Source: Candidatus Latescibacterota bacterium (GTDB lineage Bacteria > Latescibacterota > UBA2968 > GCA-2709665). From it: a stretch of 64,000 nucleotides of DNA. Every line of letters begins with the position of its first letter. The first letter of the stretch is position 1. The notes below the pieces were generated by a model. That model saw nothing but the letters and a program-made list of their open reading frames with translations. It did no database searches and was not told where the DNA came from. Location: contig CBDDDZ010000005.1 of NCBI GenBank assembly GCA_965226795.1, forward strand, positions 1,280,001 through 1,344,000, in the 5' to 3' direction. Below, in pieces: positions 27,462 through 37,114 of this stretch. Made by a program: the position numbers and the translations under genes.

Positions 27462-28787
27462 CTATGCGTTCAGGTATTCGAGCGTATGCGCTGCAGCCCG
27501 ATAGCCGCTTTCGACGGCGCTTTCCACCGTGGCCGGAAGACCGGTGTCGGTCCAGTCTCCTGCAATGAAGAGACCGGGCGCGGCAGTGCGATTGGGTGGG
27601 GGTGAATGGCCCCGAGGAAGCGCGAATGTTGCCTGTCGTTCACGCACAACCAGATGGTGCTCCAGAGGTATTTTTCTGGTTTCGGGCAGAAACGTATGCA
27701 GGTCTTTCAGTGCGATTTCCACGAGTCTTTCATCCGGCTGGTCTACCAGGCCGTCGGCGGCGCTTGCAACCAGGGTAACGTGCCCGGCTGACGCTCTGTC
27801 GCGACCGTCGTAGAGCATTGGTTTGTTGAATACCCAGTCCATGCGGCCCTCGAGGAGGCCAATGAAGGGCCTGTTGAGAACCGGCCGCTTGAACCATAGA
27901 TTGACCGAAAGGATAGGCGAAGGATAGAAGGCACTCAAACGTGCTTTGAGGTCTTCGAAGCCATCTGGCAACAGGCGAGACAGCGCGGGCGGCGCAATCG
28001 CGCAGATCGCGGCATCCGCCGTCACAACTCTGCCCGATCTAAAACGGATCCGTATTTTGTCGTTTTTGGTAACGCGCAGTTCTGCGGCAGCCTCGCCGAC
28101 GTGGCACGTGCCGCCATGCCGCTGGATGAAAGTACTTGCCGCGCCGGTATACATCGCGCTGAGTCCCACGCCGGCATGGCCCATCAGGGTTGACTCGGAG
28201 CGCCCGAAAAACGCCAGTTTCAGGACGGACTTCAGATGTGAGGCCGGGGCCGCATCCGGTTGTTGATTCAGCGCGGAAATGCAGAGCGGATCCCAGAACG
28301 CCTGCCGGATGGATGGAGATTGCTTGCATTCCTCCAGCCATTCGTTCACGGTGAGGCCGGGTGGCGTGGGGGCCCTGAGGGCGGATCTGACGTGACGCAG
28401 CCGCACGACGTCCCCCATGTCGACCGGCTTGTAACGCATAAAGCCGGCCAACAGATTGAGGGGAGGCGGTAGCAACCGGGGAAACGAGAGTGCGGTGCGC
28501 CCAACGCCGGGTTGGATAAAATCCAGACGGAATTGTTCCTGGAAACGCAGGCGGTCCCCGGTGCCTATGGTTTCCAGGAACTCCCGGGTCTTGAGATAAC
28601 ATTTCATAAATAGGTGCTGGCCATTGTCTACGGTATCGCCCGTTGTGCGATCCGTAAACGAATAGGCCCGGCCACCCAGGTGTTTTCTGCGCTCAAACAG
28701 GCTGACGTTGCAGGTACCGCGTTCCACAAGGCGAACACCCGCAGCGAGACCGGCAAAGCCGCCGCCGATAACAATCACGTTACCCAC
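27462..28787 (-). CDS. hpnE: Hydroxysqualene dehydroxylase HpnE (FAD-dependent)
   Basis: VIGGGFAGL, LGGRAYSF, VDNGQHL, AGDWTDTGLPATVESAVESG. Lies downstream of hpnC-hpnD. Confidence 0.92.
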   Translation of the reverse strand: MGNVIVIGGGFAGLAAGVRLVERGTCNVSLFERRKHLGGRAYSFTDRTTGDTVDNGQHLFMKCYLKTREFLETIGTGDRLRFQEQFRLDFIQPGVGRTALSFPRLLPPPLNLLAGFMRYKPVDMGDVVRLRHVRSALRAPTPPGLTVNEWLEECKQSPSIRQAFWDPLCISALNQQPDAAPASHLKSVLKLAFFGRSESTLMGHAGVGLSAMYTGAASTFIQRHGGTCHVGEAAAELRVTKNDKIRIRFRSGRVVTADAAICAIAPPALSRLLPDGFEDLKARLSAFYPSPILSVNLWFKRPVLNRPFIGLLEGRMDWVFNKPMLYDGRDRASAGHVTLVASAADGLVDQPDERLVEIALKDLHTFLPETRKIPLEHHLVVRERQATFALPRGHSPPPNRTAAPGLFIAGDWTDTGLPATVESAVESGYRAAAHTLEYLNA

Positions 28788-29644
28788 GGCGACTTCTCTC
28801 GCATTCCGACCCGGCTGCGAAGACAGAGGTCCAGTGCGATGCCCAGCTTATTCAGATTGTTCACGCGAATCGGATGCTTATAGACGTTGTAGTTGACCGC
28901 TTCGATACGTCTGAGAAGACGGCTGTAGATGCAACCCATGATTTCTGCCGGAAAAAGGCTCTGGCGATCTTCTTCCGGCAGGTATTGCGTCGCTTTCTTG
29001 TAGTAACTCCAGGCCCGTCGGCATTGGAATTGCATCAGGTTGCGAAACCGGGACGTGGAGACCCCTGCAAATAGATCTTTTTCCGGGTAATTGAAGCGTT
29101 TCAGATCCTCCAGAGGCAGATAGATGCGATCTCTCAATGCGTCGGACTTGATGTCTCGAAGGATGTTGGTGAGTTGGAGGGCAATCCCGAGGTTGACGGC
29201 ATAGTCCTGGGATGCCCGTTTGGTATAGCCGAAGATTTCGATGCAGATGAGGCCGACAATGGAGGCGACGCGGTAACAATATTCGTATAGATCGCCGAAG
29301 GTCTGGTAGCGATTTGTGACAAGGTCCATCTCCACGCCGTCAATCAGCTTGAGAAAGTGTTCTTTAGGGATTCTGAAGTTTTCCAGGGCTTTGTGCAGGT
29401 TGGTCGTTATCGGGTGTTGTGGCCTGCCGTCGAAACACGCGTGGGTTTCGGCGCGCCAGTTAGAGAGGTTTCGGGCGGCATTTTCTCGTGAAGCCGCGTC
29501 GTCAACCAGGTCGTCGGTGTAACGGCTGAAGGCGTACGTGGCGAAGATGGCGTCTCGCTTCGTTCTGGGGAGAAAAACGAAAGCGTAATAGAAATTGCTG
29601 CGCGCCTTGCGCACGAGCGCCGCGGTGTAGGATTTGATATTCAT
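28775..29644 (-). CDS. hpnD: Presqualene diphosphate synthase HpnD
   Basis: SNFYYAF..LP, DDLVD, YCYRVA, LQLTNILRD...D..R.RIYLP. Confidence 0.88.
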   Translation of the reverse strand: MNIKSYTAALVRKARSNFYYAFVFLPRTKRDAIFATYAFSRYTDDLVDDAASRENAARNLSNWRAETHACFDGRPQHPITTNLHKALENFRIPKEHFLKLIDGVEMDLVTNRYQTFGDLYEYCYRVASIVGLICIEIFGYTKRASQDYAVNLGIALQLTNILRDIKSDALRDRIYLPLEDLKRFNYPEKDLFAGVSTSRFRNLMQFQCRRAWSYYKKATQYLPEEDRQSLFPAEIMGCIYSRLLRRIEAVNYNVYKHPIRVNNLNKLGIALDLCLRSRVGMREKSPWVT

Positions 29645-30570
29645 AGCGGAAGAAACCGGGAATGGTCACCCCGACGCGGATTCCGGAAGAGGGCCCGGAA
29701 GAACAGGCCGGGAATATCCCTTTTTTCGATCTTCGGGCGGCGCCGGAAAATATCGTACCCCCCGGTGCAGATCTTGTCGAGGATTCGCAATCCGCTCAGC
29801 CAGGTCAGCCGGAGTTCGTATTTGAGTCGGCCCGAGACCAGATCCGGCAGTTCGGACCCCTTTCGAAAAAGTGCTCTGGTGCGGTCGATCTCGCAGGCCA
29901 ACAGGGCCTTGAAGCCATCGGTGAGTCGTCTTTCAGCCAGATCGTCTTCCGTTACGCCGAAACGGGCCATGTCGTCCTGGGGCAGGTAGATGCGGCCCCG
30001 GGAAAAGTCGATTGCGATATCCTGCCAGAAGTTGGCCAGTTGAAGTGCCGTACAAATCAGATCCGAAAGATATCGGCGGCGGTCGTCCCTGCAAGCAAAA
30101 AGATGCAGAATGAGGCGGCCGACCGGCGCGGCGGAGTACCGGCAGTAAGCCAGCAGATGGTTGAATGTCCGGTGCCTGTGCGTGACCACATCCAATTTAA
30201 ACGCATGGATCAGGTCGTGTAGATGTTGGCGAGGGATCTGTTGGGACCGGATCGTTTCGGCGAGGGCAGTCAGTATGGGGCCTTCGGGAGATTCCATGCA
30301 CGTGTCGAGTTTTGCTTCCCATTCCTCCAGCCGTTCCATGCGTTCATCGGGAGCCAGGCCGGGTTCATCGGCCAGGTCATCGGCAGTACGTGCGAATGCG
30401 TAGATGCTGTATACGTGAGGACGTATCCTGGCGGGAATCAGATGGGAACCCACCGGGAAGTTTTCGTAGTGGCTTCGTGTCAGGGATTCGCAATAGGCGA
30501 ATGCGTCGTTGAGTGCTATGCCAGACGACGCATTCGGTAGTGAGACCACCGGATTGGTATGGGTGTCCAT
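29641..30570 (-). CDS. hpnC: Hydroxysqualene synthase HpnC
   Basis: HYENFPVGS, YAFARTADDLADE, YCRYSA.PVGRL, LQLANFWQD. Start codon is uncertain. Confidence 0.92.
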   Translation of the reverse strand: MDTHTNPVVSLPNASSGIALNDAFAYCESLTRSHYENFPVGSHLIPARIRPHVYSIYAFARTADDLADEPGLAPDERMERLEEWEAKLDTCMESPEGPILTALAETIRSQQIPRQHLHDLIHAFKLDVVTHRHRTFNHLLAYCRYSAAPVGRLILHLFACRDDRRRYLSDLICTALQLANFWQDIAIDFSRGRIYLPQDDMARFGVTEDDLAERRLTDGFKALLACEIDRTRALFRKGSELPDLVSGRLKYELRLTWLSGLRILDKICTGGYDIFRRRPKIEKRDIPGLFFRALFRNPRRGDHSRFLPL

Positions 30571-30668
30571 GTATATAAAGATAATTGAAAAATTTCGACT
30601 TCGCCACCGGTTTGTATTTGTGCAAAGCTGTAATTGAGAGGTTCGCTGGAAGACAAGGAGACTTTTGA

Positions 30669-31280
30669 ATGACAGATCGAACACGGCCGGCAGCCGGCCC
30701 TCGCGTCATCCCTCCGGCGAGTGGTGATGAGAGGTATCACCAGGTCCATGTCTATTTCGGGTTCGGAAAGGGGAAGACGACGTGTTGCGTGGGCCTGGCA
30801 ATCCGTGTTCTGGGGGCTGGTGGACAGGTGTCCTTTGTACAGTTCGACAAGGGGTACGACGGAGAAACGGAGCACTACTCAGAGCGCCGCGTTCTGAGGG
30901 GACTGGACGGCATCGAACTGCATCCGACGGGATGTGAGCGCATGATGCAGGATGGGACGTTTCGGTTCGGAGCGGAGCCTCAGGACATTGAGGAAGCCCG
31001 GCGCGGACTCGAGATAGCCCGGTTGCTCCTGCGGGAGGGCACGCAGGATCTGCTGCTTCTGGATGAGATTCTCGCGGCGGTCGCCTATGGTCTTCTGCAA
31101 CGGTCGGACGTGATGGATCTGCTGGACCTGTACGACGGGGACCGCCGGTGTGAACTGGCGCTTTCAGGTCACAAGGTCTGGGACGCCCTGGTTGAACGGG
31201 TAGATCTGGCGACGGAGATGCGCAAGGTGAAGCATTATTACGCGCAGGGCATTCCCGCAAGGAAAGGGATCGAGTTCTGA
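30669..31280 (+). CDS. cobA: Cob(I)yrinic acid a,c-diamide adenosyltransferase (CobA/BtuR/CobO)
   Basis: VY.G.GKGKTT, VQF.KG, LLLLDEI, DL.TEM..VKH.Y..G..ARKGIEF. Confidence 0.88.
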   Translation: MTDRTRPAAGPRVIPPASGDERYHQVHVYFGFGKGKTTCCVGLAIRVLGAGGQVSFVQFDKGYDGETEHYSERRVLRGLDGIELHPTGCERMMQDGTFRFGAEPQDIEEARRGLEIARLLLREGTQDLLLLDEILAAVAYGLLQRSDVMDLLDLYDGDRRCELALSGHKVWDALVERVDLATEMRKVKHYYAQGIPARKGIEF

Positions 31281-31371
31281 CTGCCCGCAGCGTGCGCTTC
31301 GAGGTGGCAGCCACCATGCCATCCTGTGCGAATGCGGTGATGTCAACAAGGCCCTTTGGATTGTGCGAAAT

Positions 31372-31401
31372 GCCTGCCGTCAGCGGACGGTCGGCTTTTT
31401 T
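31372..31401 (+). terminator. Rho-independent terminator
   Basis: GCCTGCCGTC-AGCG-GACGGTCGGC followed by T6. Confidence 0.55.
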
Positions 31402-31495
31402 GTGTGCAACAGGCATGGGAAAAGTGTTTGTTTAGGCCTGTTCGCGCGTTTATCTTGTGCATCGTTTCGGGTCAGGCGACGTTTTTCCGACCAAC

Positions 31496-31535
31496 AAAAC
31501 AGACCCCCGGATCTTTGTTCCAGAGGTCTGTTTTT
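31496..31535. terminator. Inverted repeat, probable terminator downstream of vapC
   Basis: AAAACAGACC / GGTCTGTTTT arms. Confidence 0.5.
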
Positions 31536-31553
31536 AGCTGAGTTCAGATTTAT

Positions 31554-31982
31554 TCAGTTTCCGCCCGGGACTCGAACTTCAAGGCTTTCATACCGGGAAA
31601 AATGCCGACGGTCGAAGGTATAAACGACCTTTAATTCTTGCGACAGCAACCAGGTCGCGTTATATGCGTCTCCGAAATCCACGTTCTTGTCTACATAGTC
31701 GGAAATGGCCTGGGAAATGATATTTCGATCTCCGACTTCCAAACCGGGCGTATTAATAATGGCCCTGATCATCGCCTGGATATCGACGCGGGGGAGTTTG
31801 TAGTACGACTCCAGAGCCCAGACGATCTCGGCGATCTCCAGAATGCCGGTCACGAGCGCAATTTCGCCAGCGCCTGCCCGACGCACAAGACACTCTACTG
31901 CATCGGCCTGCTCCGGGACATCAGTAGTCAAAAAACGCAAAAACACATTGGTCTCGGAAAATACGCGTTCAGGAACCGCCAT
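31554..31982 (-). CDS. vapC: PIN-domain toxin (VapC family)
   Basis: F(S)ETNVFLRFL, AEIVW.L, DFGDAY, TFD. Overlaps the upstream AbrB-type gene. Confidence 0.82.
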   Translation of the reverse strand: MAVPERVFSETNVFLRFLTTDVPEQADAVECLVRRAGAGEIALVTGILEIAEIVWALESYYKLPRVDIQAMIRAIINTPGLEVGDRNIISQAISDYVDKNVDFGDAYNATWLLSQELKVVYTFDRRHFSRYESLEVRVPGGN

Positions 31983-32226
31983 GCGTTCTCTTACCGGTAC
32001 CGGCTCGTGTTTTCCGAACCTGTTCACGGATGCCGTCGAAGTCCTGGGGGCCGGAAACCGGTACGCTTCCCCGCAGATCCAGCAAGGTTTGGTTCAGAGG
32101 CTGAACCGAGAACTCGTGGCATCGTCGAACGAAGACAATATGATCGCCCTCCTGAACGTCGAGTGCTTTGCGAACATCCCGGGGCAAGGTCATTTGCCCA
32201 CGACGTCCCACTTTTGCAATCGGCAT
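31969..32226 (-). CDS. AbrB/MazE/SpoVT-family antitoxin
   Basis: KVGRRGQMTLPRDVRKALDVQEGD.IVF. 85 aa, forming the C-terminal part of the tracked ORF. Confidence 0.88.
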   Translation of the reverse strand: MPIAKVGRRGQMTLPRDVRKALDVQEGDHIVFVRRCHEFSVQPLNQTLLDLRGSVPVSGPQDFDGIREQVRKTRAGTGKRTHGGS

Positions 32227-32536
32227 GGCAATCTCGTCAATAAATGGACGAATTTGAAATTGACTGTCGTATTCAAACATGCCTGATAAAATGCAAGTAA
32301 TTTCTATGCTTTGGAAATGGCCCCGCGGGAAGTATCTGTAGTTCAGAACGGTACTCACGTTCCACCGTCCTGTCACACACGCCGTTCGTACTGTAAGTTT
32401 CGCGCTGCTGAATGATGCGTTCGATTCCGTCAGTCCTGCGAAATCACAACGCTCGGTGCGCCGGTTGGGTTCCGGCCGATTACAGCCGACGCCGGGACCC
32501 GGTCGGGATTGTCCAATATTGGAGGGATGGCAGCAT

Positions 32537-34936
32537 ATGCGGAACAGGAACCTGTTACACAGGGGTCGTGTTACGCTCAGAGGGGCCAATGCGGCCGAGG
32601 TTGCGTACCTTTCGGATGACAATTTTGAAACCGCGGTACAATGGCCCTCGGTGTCGGGAGAGTGCGGGTTCGAGGTCTTGTTCGATGACCCTGTCTCTTG
32701 CGATGTGCTGGTACTTCGATGGAAGGCGATGCCTGCGCAGTACGATGTTGATGTTCGCGCGTCCGGCACGTGGCAAACGGTGGAATCGATTCGAAACAAC
32801 GTCGTACTTGGTCCCAGGGTGAAACTCCATTTGCCAGACGATGTCCGGACAGGGTGCCTGCGGGTCCGGATTCTGCGTCCGGTGAGCAGTGACCTGCACG
32901 GCAGAGAGCCTGACCCGGGCGGGGTTGTCGCTCTATACGGTGTGGACGTATACGCGGCAAATCGGCTTCCCTCCTGTATCCGTTCATTTCTGCAGCGAGA
33001 CAGGCCGAGCCTGGTGACAATCCCGGCCGGCCGGCCGGGGACTGGCCATGAGGCGCCCGACCCTTCCCTGTTGGATGCCGAGATCCCCACGTGGGAGCCC
33101 ATTCCGAAGGATCGTTACAACTGGCAACAGACCGGACGGGAGGTCAATGAAAAGGATCACGCGAGACGCGCGGTCCTGCAGGGATGCTCGAAAGCCTATG
33201 CCATAACCGGCGACCAGGAGTACGCGCTAAAGGCGTGTGAGGCCTTGCTGGCGAATCTGGCGCATTACGATCGATACCAGTCGTTTCGGTTTATTGGAAT
33301 TAACTGGAAAGCGGTAACCTTTCAGGATCCGGCGTATAATCTGAGAGAAACGATCGAAGCGTACGACCTGCTCGTTTCGTCACCCCATCTTACGCTTTCG
33401 GACAGGTTGCGATTTCTCTTTTTCCTCGTGGACCTCGGCGAGTTTCAATATCTGGCGATGCGGGACCGGTTCGTCCCTACGGAAAACTGGGCGTCGTGTT
33501 CGCTGGCGGAGATGGTCTTCCTGGCCTGCTACCTGGAAGATGTGCCCGAAGTGGGGCGTTGGGTGCAGATGGCCGATAAATTGTATGGTTCCTGTTTCGA
33601 TCCCTTCTTCGCCGATGGGTACTGGTGGGAATGTTCGCCTTCGCATTCGGTCTATATGATCAGGGGAATGTGCAGGTACGCACTGGGAAAGCATCTGATG
33701 GGCGATCCCGTCTGGTCACGTGCGTACAACGGAAAATCGCTGGAGTACGTGCTGGAGGCCCTTTGCAAGACAATGACGCCGTTCGGGGAAGTTCCCTCCA
33801 TCAACGATTCCACGGGGAACGACGGCCATCTACTGACGGACTGGCCGGAACTCAGGGTTCCGTTTTACCTGATCGGGCGCGGGGATCTGTTGCGAATGGC
33901 GAGGGATTCCGGGGAGGTGCCGCCCATGCGCGGGGTGGAACTCAAGCCGGTCCGGCAGGAGGATCCTCCCTATACGTCGGTGCTGTTGCCGGATGCCGGG
34001 TTGGCGGTGATGCGGGATGGATGGTCGAAGGAGGACGGGTACCTCATTTTCGATTATGGACCGCACGGGGGCGGGCATGGGCACCCCGACAAGCTGAACT
34101 TCGTCATGTTCGCCAACGGACACCACTGGATTCCGGAAGCGGGGAATTCGCCACATTATTGCATTTTTCCGGAACAGGCCACCTGGCACAAGCAGACCAT
34201 ATCGCACAATACCGTGCTGGCGAACAATGAGAGCCAGAAAGAATGTACGGGACAGCTGATATTCTGGTACACCGACGCCGACGTTGATATGGTTTGCGCG
34301 TATCATTGCGAAGGCTACGAGGGCCTGGTGCACCGCCGTACGATTGTCCATCCCCGGAGCGGATATTTTCTGATTCACGACGCGCTCGATACCGAGGGCG
34401 ATGGGTTCAACCTGGACTGGCTGTTGCACGTATACGGCGAGGTCGAGTCTCAGGCGGACGGCAGGGTGCATTTCCGAAGTGGCAATGGCAATCAACGCCT
34501 GTTATGGCTGTCCGAGGATATCGGATCCTCGCCTCTGCCCATTCACCAGGGCCTCTGCGGCGGGTTTCGAAAACAGGCGTGGACAGGCCAGGGGTATCCG
34601 CCCAAAGGGGCGCCGGGTTGGATCTATATACCGTATTTCCGACTGCCGAAACGGATAGGGCCGGGCGGCGGGCGCGCCGAGTTTTACTCTGTATTGTATC
34701 CATTTACCGGAGACGTGCCTGACGTGGTCGTCGAACGTGTCGACGACGTGTCGGCGCGCGCGTCCGGAATCAGGATCTCTCACAATGGCACAGAGGATGT
34801 CTATGCCGGCGCCGTTCCCGGATACGACGCCGGGCGGGACGGCGACTTCAAATGCGGAAATTTAACCGGGCGTTCCAAAGCCGTATTCGTACGGCGCCAC
34901 GGTTCGGGCGTGGTCTATCGGAAGGAATGTGACTGA
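32537..34936 (+). CDS. Heparinase II/III-like lyase with N-terminal beta-sandwich and alginate-lyase-like helical barrel
   Basis: AYAITGDQEYA, ENW, DG.WWECS, PSINDS, LPDAGLAVMRDGW, DYGPHGGGHGHPDKL, SHNTV. GGAGG RBS. Confidence 0.8.
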   Translation: MRNRNLLHRGRVTLRGANAAEVAYLSDDNFETAVQWPSVSGECGFEVLFDDPVSCDVLVLRWKAMPAQYDVDVRASGTWQTVESIRNNVVLGPRVKLHLPDDVRTGCLRVRILRPVSSDLHGREPDPGGVVALYGVDVYAANRLPSCIRSFLQRDRPSLVTIPAGRPGTGHEAPDPSLLDAEIPTWEPIPKDRYNWQQTGREVNEKDHARRAVLQGCSKAYAITGDQEYALKACEALLANLAHYDRYQSFRFIGINWKAVTFQDPAYNLRETIEAYDLLVSSPHLTLSDRLRFLFFLVDLGEFQYLAMRDRFVPTENWASCSLAEMVFLACYLEDVPEVGRWVQMADKLYGSCFDPFFADGYWWECSPSHSVYMIRGMCRYALGKHLMGDPVWSRAYNGKSLEYVLEALCKTMTPFGEVPSINDSTGNDGHLLTDWPELRVPFYLIGRGDLLRMARDSGEVPPMRGVELKPVRQEDPPYTSVLLPDAGLAVMRDGWSKEDGYLIFDYGPHGGGHGHPDKLNFVMFANGHHWIPEAGNSPHYCIFPEQATWHKQTISHNTVLANNESQKECTGQLIFWYTDADVDMVCAYHCEGYEGLVHRRTIVHPRSGYFLIHDALDTEGDGFNLDWLLHVYGEVESQADGRVHFRSGNGNQRLLWLSEDIGSSPLPIHQGLCGGFRKQAWTGQGYPPKGAPGWIYIPYFRLPKRIGPGGGRAEFYSVLYPFTGDVPDVVVERVDDVSARASGIRISHNGTEDVYAGAVPGYDAGRDGDFKCGNLTGRSKAVFVRRHGSGVVYRKECD

Positions 34937-35041
34937 TCGCCCGCTACGTCAGGGGTTCCAGCGGTTCGCCCGTTGGTTCCGGAACGCGGAGCCAGGCGTC
35001 GGTTTGGCCGCATGCGTCCTGGGGCGAGGAGGGTGTGCAAT

Positions 35042-35836
35042 TTGAACAGCGAACATATCTTCGGAGGGTTGGACGGCCGGAATCGGTCGGGAAAACCCCG
35101 CGATCAGGGGTTTACCATGGTAGTGGACTGGGGTCTTGGGTCGGGGGCGCAGTCTGATTTAATAGAGACCGCGGCCCCTTTTTTTGATTTTGCGAAGGTG
35201 GCCGTCGGCATTTCCAGGCTGCTGACCAACGACGCGCTTGCAGCCAAAGTCAGGCGTTATCGGGACCATGTTATCGAACCGTTTCCGGGTGGGCAATATC
35301 TGGAATATGCCCAGGTGCGAGGCAAAGCCGACCTGTATTTTCCCGCTGTAGCCGCAGCCGGATATCGTTGGGTCGAGGTGTCGGACAACCTGGCTGTGGT
35401 GACACACGAATGGAAGCTGAAAATGATCCGGAGGGCGGTAGAAGTACATGGACTGAAAGTATTGGGGGAAGTGGGGCAGAAGGAGGGGCTGGACGCGGGC
35501 ATACCCCTGGCGGATGACGTGAAGGCCTGTCTCGACGCAGGATCCCGCATCGTTCTGCTGGAAGCGGCCGAACTGGTTGACAGCGATGCCGACAAGGCAA
35601 GGCAGGTCGAGCAGGCCGTGGAGGCCGCCAGTCTGAAAAACGTCATGTTCGAATTGCCGGGTCCATGGATCTCAGGGGTGAACCCGCACCACGTTCACCA
35701 GATGCGGCGTAGCCTTGTAGACCGGTACGGTCCGGAGGTGAATCTGGGCAATGTGCTGCCGGATGATCTGATGACGCTGGAAGCATATCGCCGGGAACTG
35801 GGCGTAAATGCGGGTAGCGCCCCGGAGGAGGAGTGA
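35042..35836 (+). CDS. comA: Phosphosulfolactate synthase (ComA) family protein, divergent
   Basis: KPR..G.TMV.D.G, PGG..LE, VEVSD, EVG.K, FE.P, YGPEVNLGNV...D...LEA.R. Start (TTG 35042 or GTG 35033) is uncertain. Confidence 0.75.
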   Translation: MNSEHIFGGLDGRNRSGKPRDQGFTMVVDWGLGSGAQSDLIETAAPFFDFAKVAVGISRLLTNDALAAKVRRYRDHVIEPFPGGQYLEYAQVRGKADLYFPAVAAAGYRWVEVSDNLAVVTHEWKLKMIRRAVEVHGLKVLGEVGQKEGLDAGIPLADDVKACLDAGSRIVLLEAAELVDSDADKARQVEQAVEAASLKNVMFELPGPWISGVNPHHVHQMRRSLVDRYGPEVNLGNVLPDDLMTLEAYRRELGVNAGSAPEEE

Positions 35837-35839
35837 TCG

Positions 35840-37030
35840 ATGAGACTGTTGGACACGGATGCCGGGATTCAGATCGACGACGAGTTTCCATGCAGCAGCG
35901 CGGGAGAGATGCGCATCACGCCCGGCGGCCACTATGAGATCGGCTACCAGCCTGAGGAGATTCCCCGGTGGTTTCAGGATCTGCTCGATGAATTATTCGC
36001 GGGGGCCGGTGTACCGAAAGAATACATGGCCCACGTGCGTGTGCGCAACTCGGCCGATGCCTCGCGGCGTGTGAAGCTCCGATTTCTGTTGAGCAGAAAG
36101 GGGTCCAACTATATGTATCCGCCGTGGTGGGTGTGGCGGGAAGATTCGGGTTGGGCATGGTTGCCGCGGGAAGATACGGATTATCGCGAGCATGAATATA
36201 TGGACGCGTCAGTGGCGGTCCACCCGGGCGAAGCCGTTCGTATTGCCTCGGCGCCCTACGAGGCGCCCGATACGGTGCTCGAGAAGGCGAAGCAACTGGC
36301 CGAATATTCAGAGATCTGGACCTGTCGGGAGATCGGGACATCCGCCCATGGACGGGCGATTCCAGTACTGGAGTCGCCGCCGCGGGAACTGAAACTGCTG
36401 GTGGATGCAACCATGCAGTCCTGTGAGCCGGTTTCGTGGGGCATTATGCACGTCGCCCACTGGTTGACCATCCCGACGGCACGAGCGCAACGGCTTCTCG
36501 AGAATGTGCAGTTCTGTCTGATGCCGATGCTGAATCCGGATGGCGTCTACGCGGGCCACAGCGTTACCAACGCAGTCGGCGAGGTGCCCAAGTTTGGAAT
36601 CAACAACCTCGTAGAAGGCAAGGGCGCTTCCAGGGAAACCGAGGCCCTGTGGAATTATCTGCTGGACACCCGACCGGATGCCTCGATTGAGGTGCATGCC
36701 CATTTTACCCGGGAGGGATTCACCCGGAGCATCGGAATGCACGACAAAGATTCCATGCCGCAACACTTGCGTGCAAAGGGCACCGTCGTCGAGGCGGCGA
36801 TCGAGGAGAATTACCACGTTCAGCCGCTGGAGAATCGGCGAGTCCTGATCGATCCGAGACAGCCGGAACTCAATGTGTACGGAGACCGGTACGTGAGCGA
36901 ACATGCGGGCACGATCCGGACGTTTCTGCAGGCCGTTCCCGATAGCATCGAGTCCCACTGCGCCGACGTGAGAGAAATGACGGAGACCATTTCGAACGCG
37001 CTGATTTCGTGGAAGGCGCGTTGCGGATAG
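35840..37030 (+). CDS. M14 zinc carboxypeptidase-fold protein (degenerate motif)
   Basis: EIGTS.HGR.I, Q..E in place of HxxE, PMLNPDGV, ETEAL, EVH.H. Confidence 0.65.
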   Translation: MRLLDTDAGIQIDDEFPCSSAGEMRITPGGHYEIGYQPEEIPRWFQDLLDELFAGAGVPKEYMAHVRVRNSADASRRVKLRFLLSRKGSNYMYPPWWVWREDSGWAWLPREDTDYREHEYMDASVAVHPGEAVRIASAPYEAPDTVLEKAKQLAEYSEIWTCREIGTSAHGRAIPVLESPPRELKLLVDATMQSCEPVSWGIMHVAHWLTIPTARAQRLLENVQFCLMPMLNPDGVYAGHSVTNAVGEVPKFGINNLVEGKGASRETEALWNYLLDTRPDASIEVHAHFTREGFTRSIGMHDKDSMPQHLRAKGTVVEAAIEENYHVQPLENRRVLIDPRQPELNVYGDRYVSEHAGTIRTFLQAVPDSIESHCADVREMTETISNALISWKARCG

Positions 37031-37114
37031 GGGGAAAGCGGTGGTCGTAATAGACCGTGGACCGTGTCGTGCAAGGACGGGAATTGCGGGCCGGTTTAAC
37101 AAGAGGAGAGGTTT

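Noticed and set aside
32227..33102. Long N-terminal extension of the AbrB ORF (377 aa in the track)
   Set aside because: It overlaps the heparinase-like gene on the other strand. Only the last 85 aa look like AbrB.
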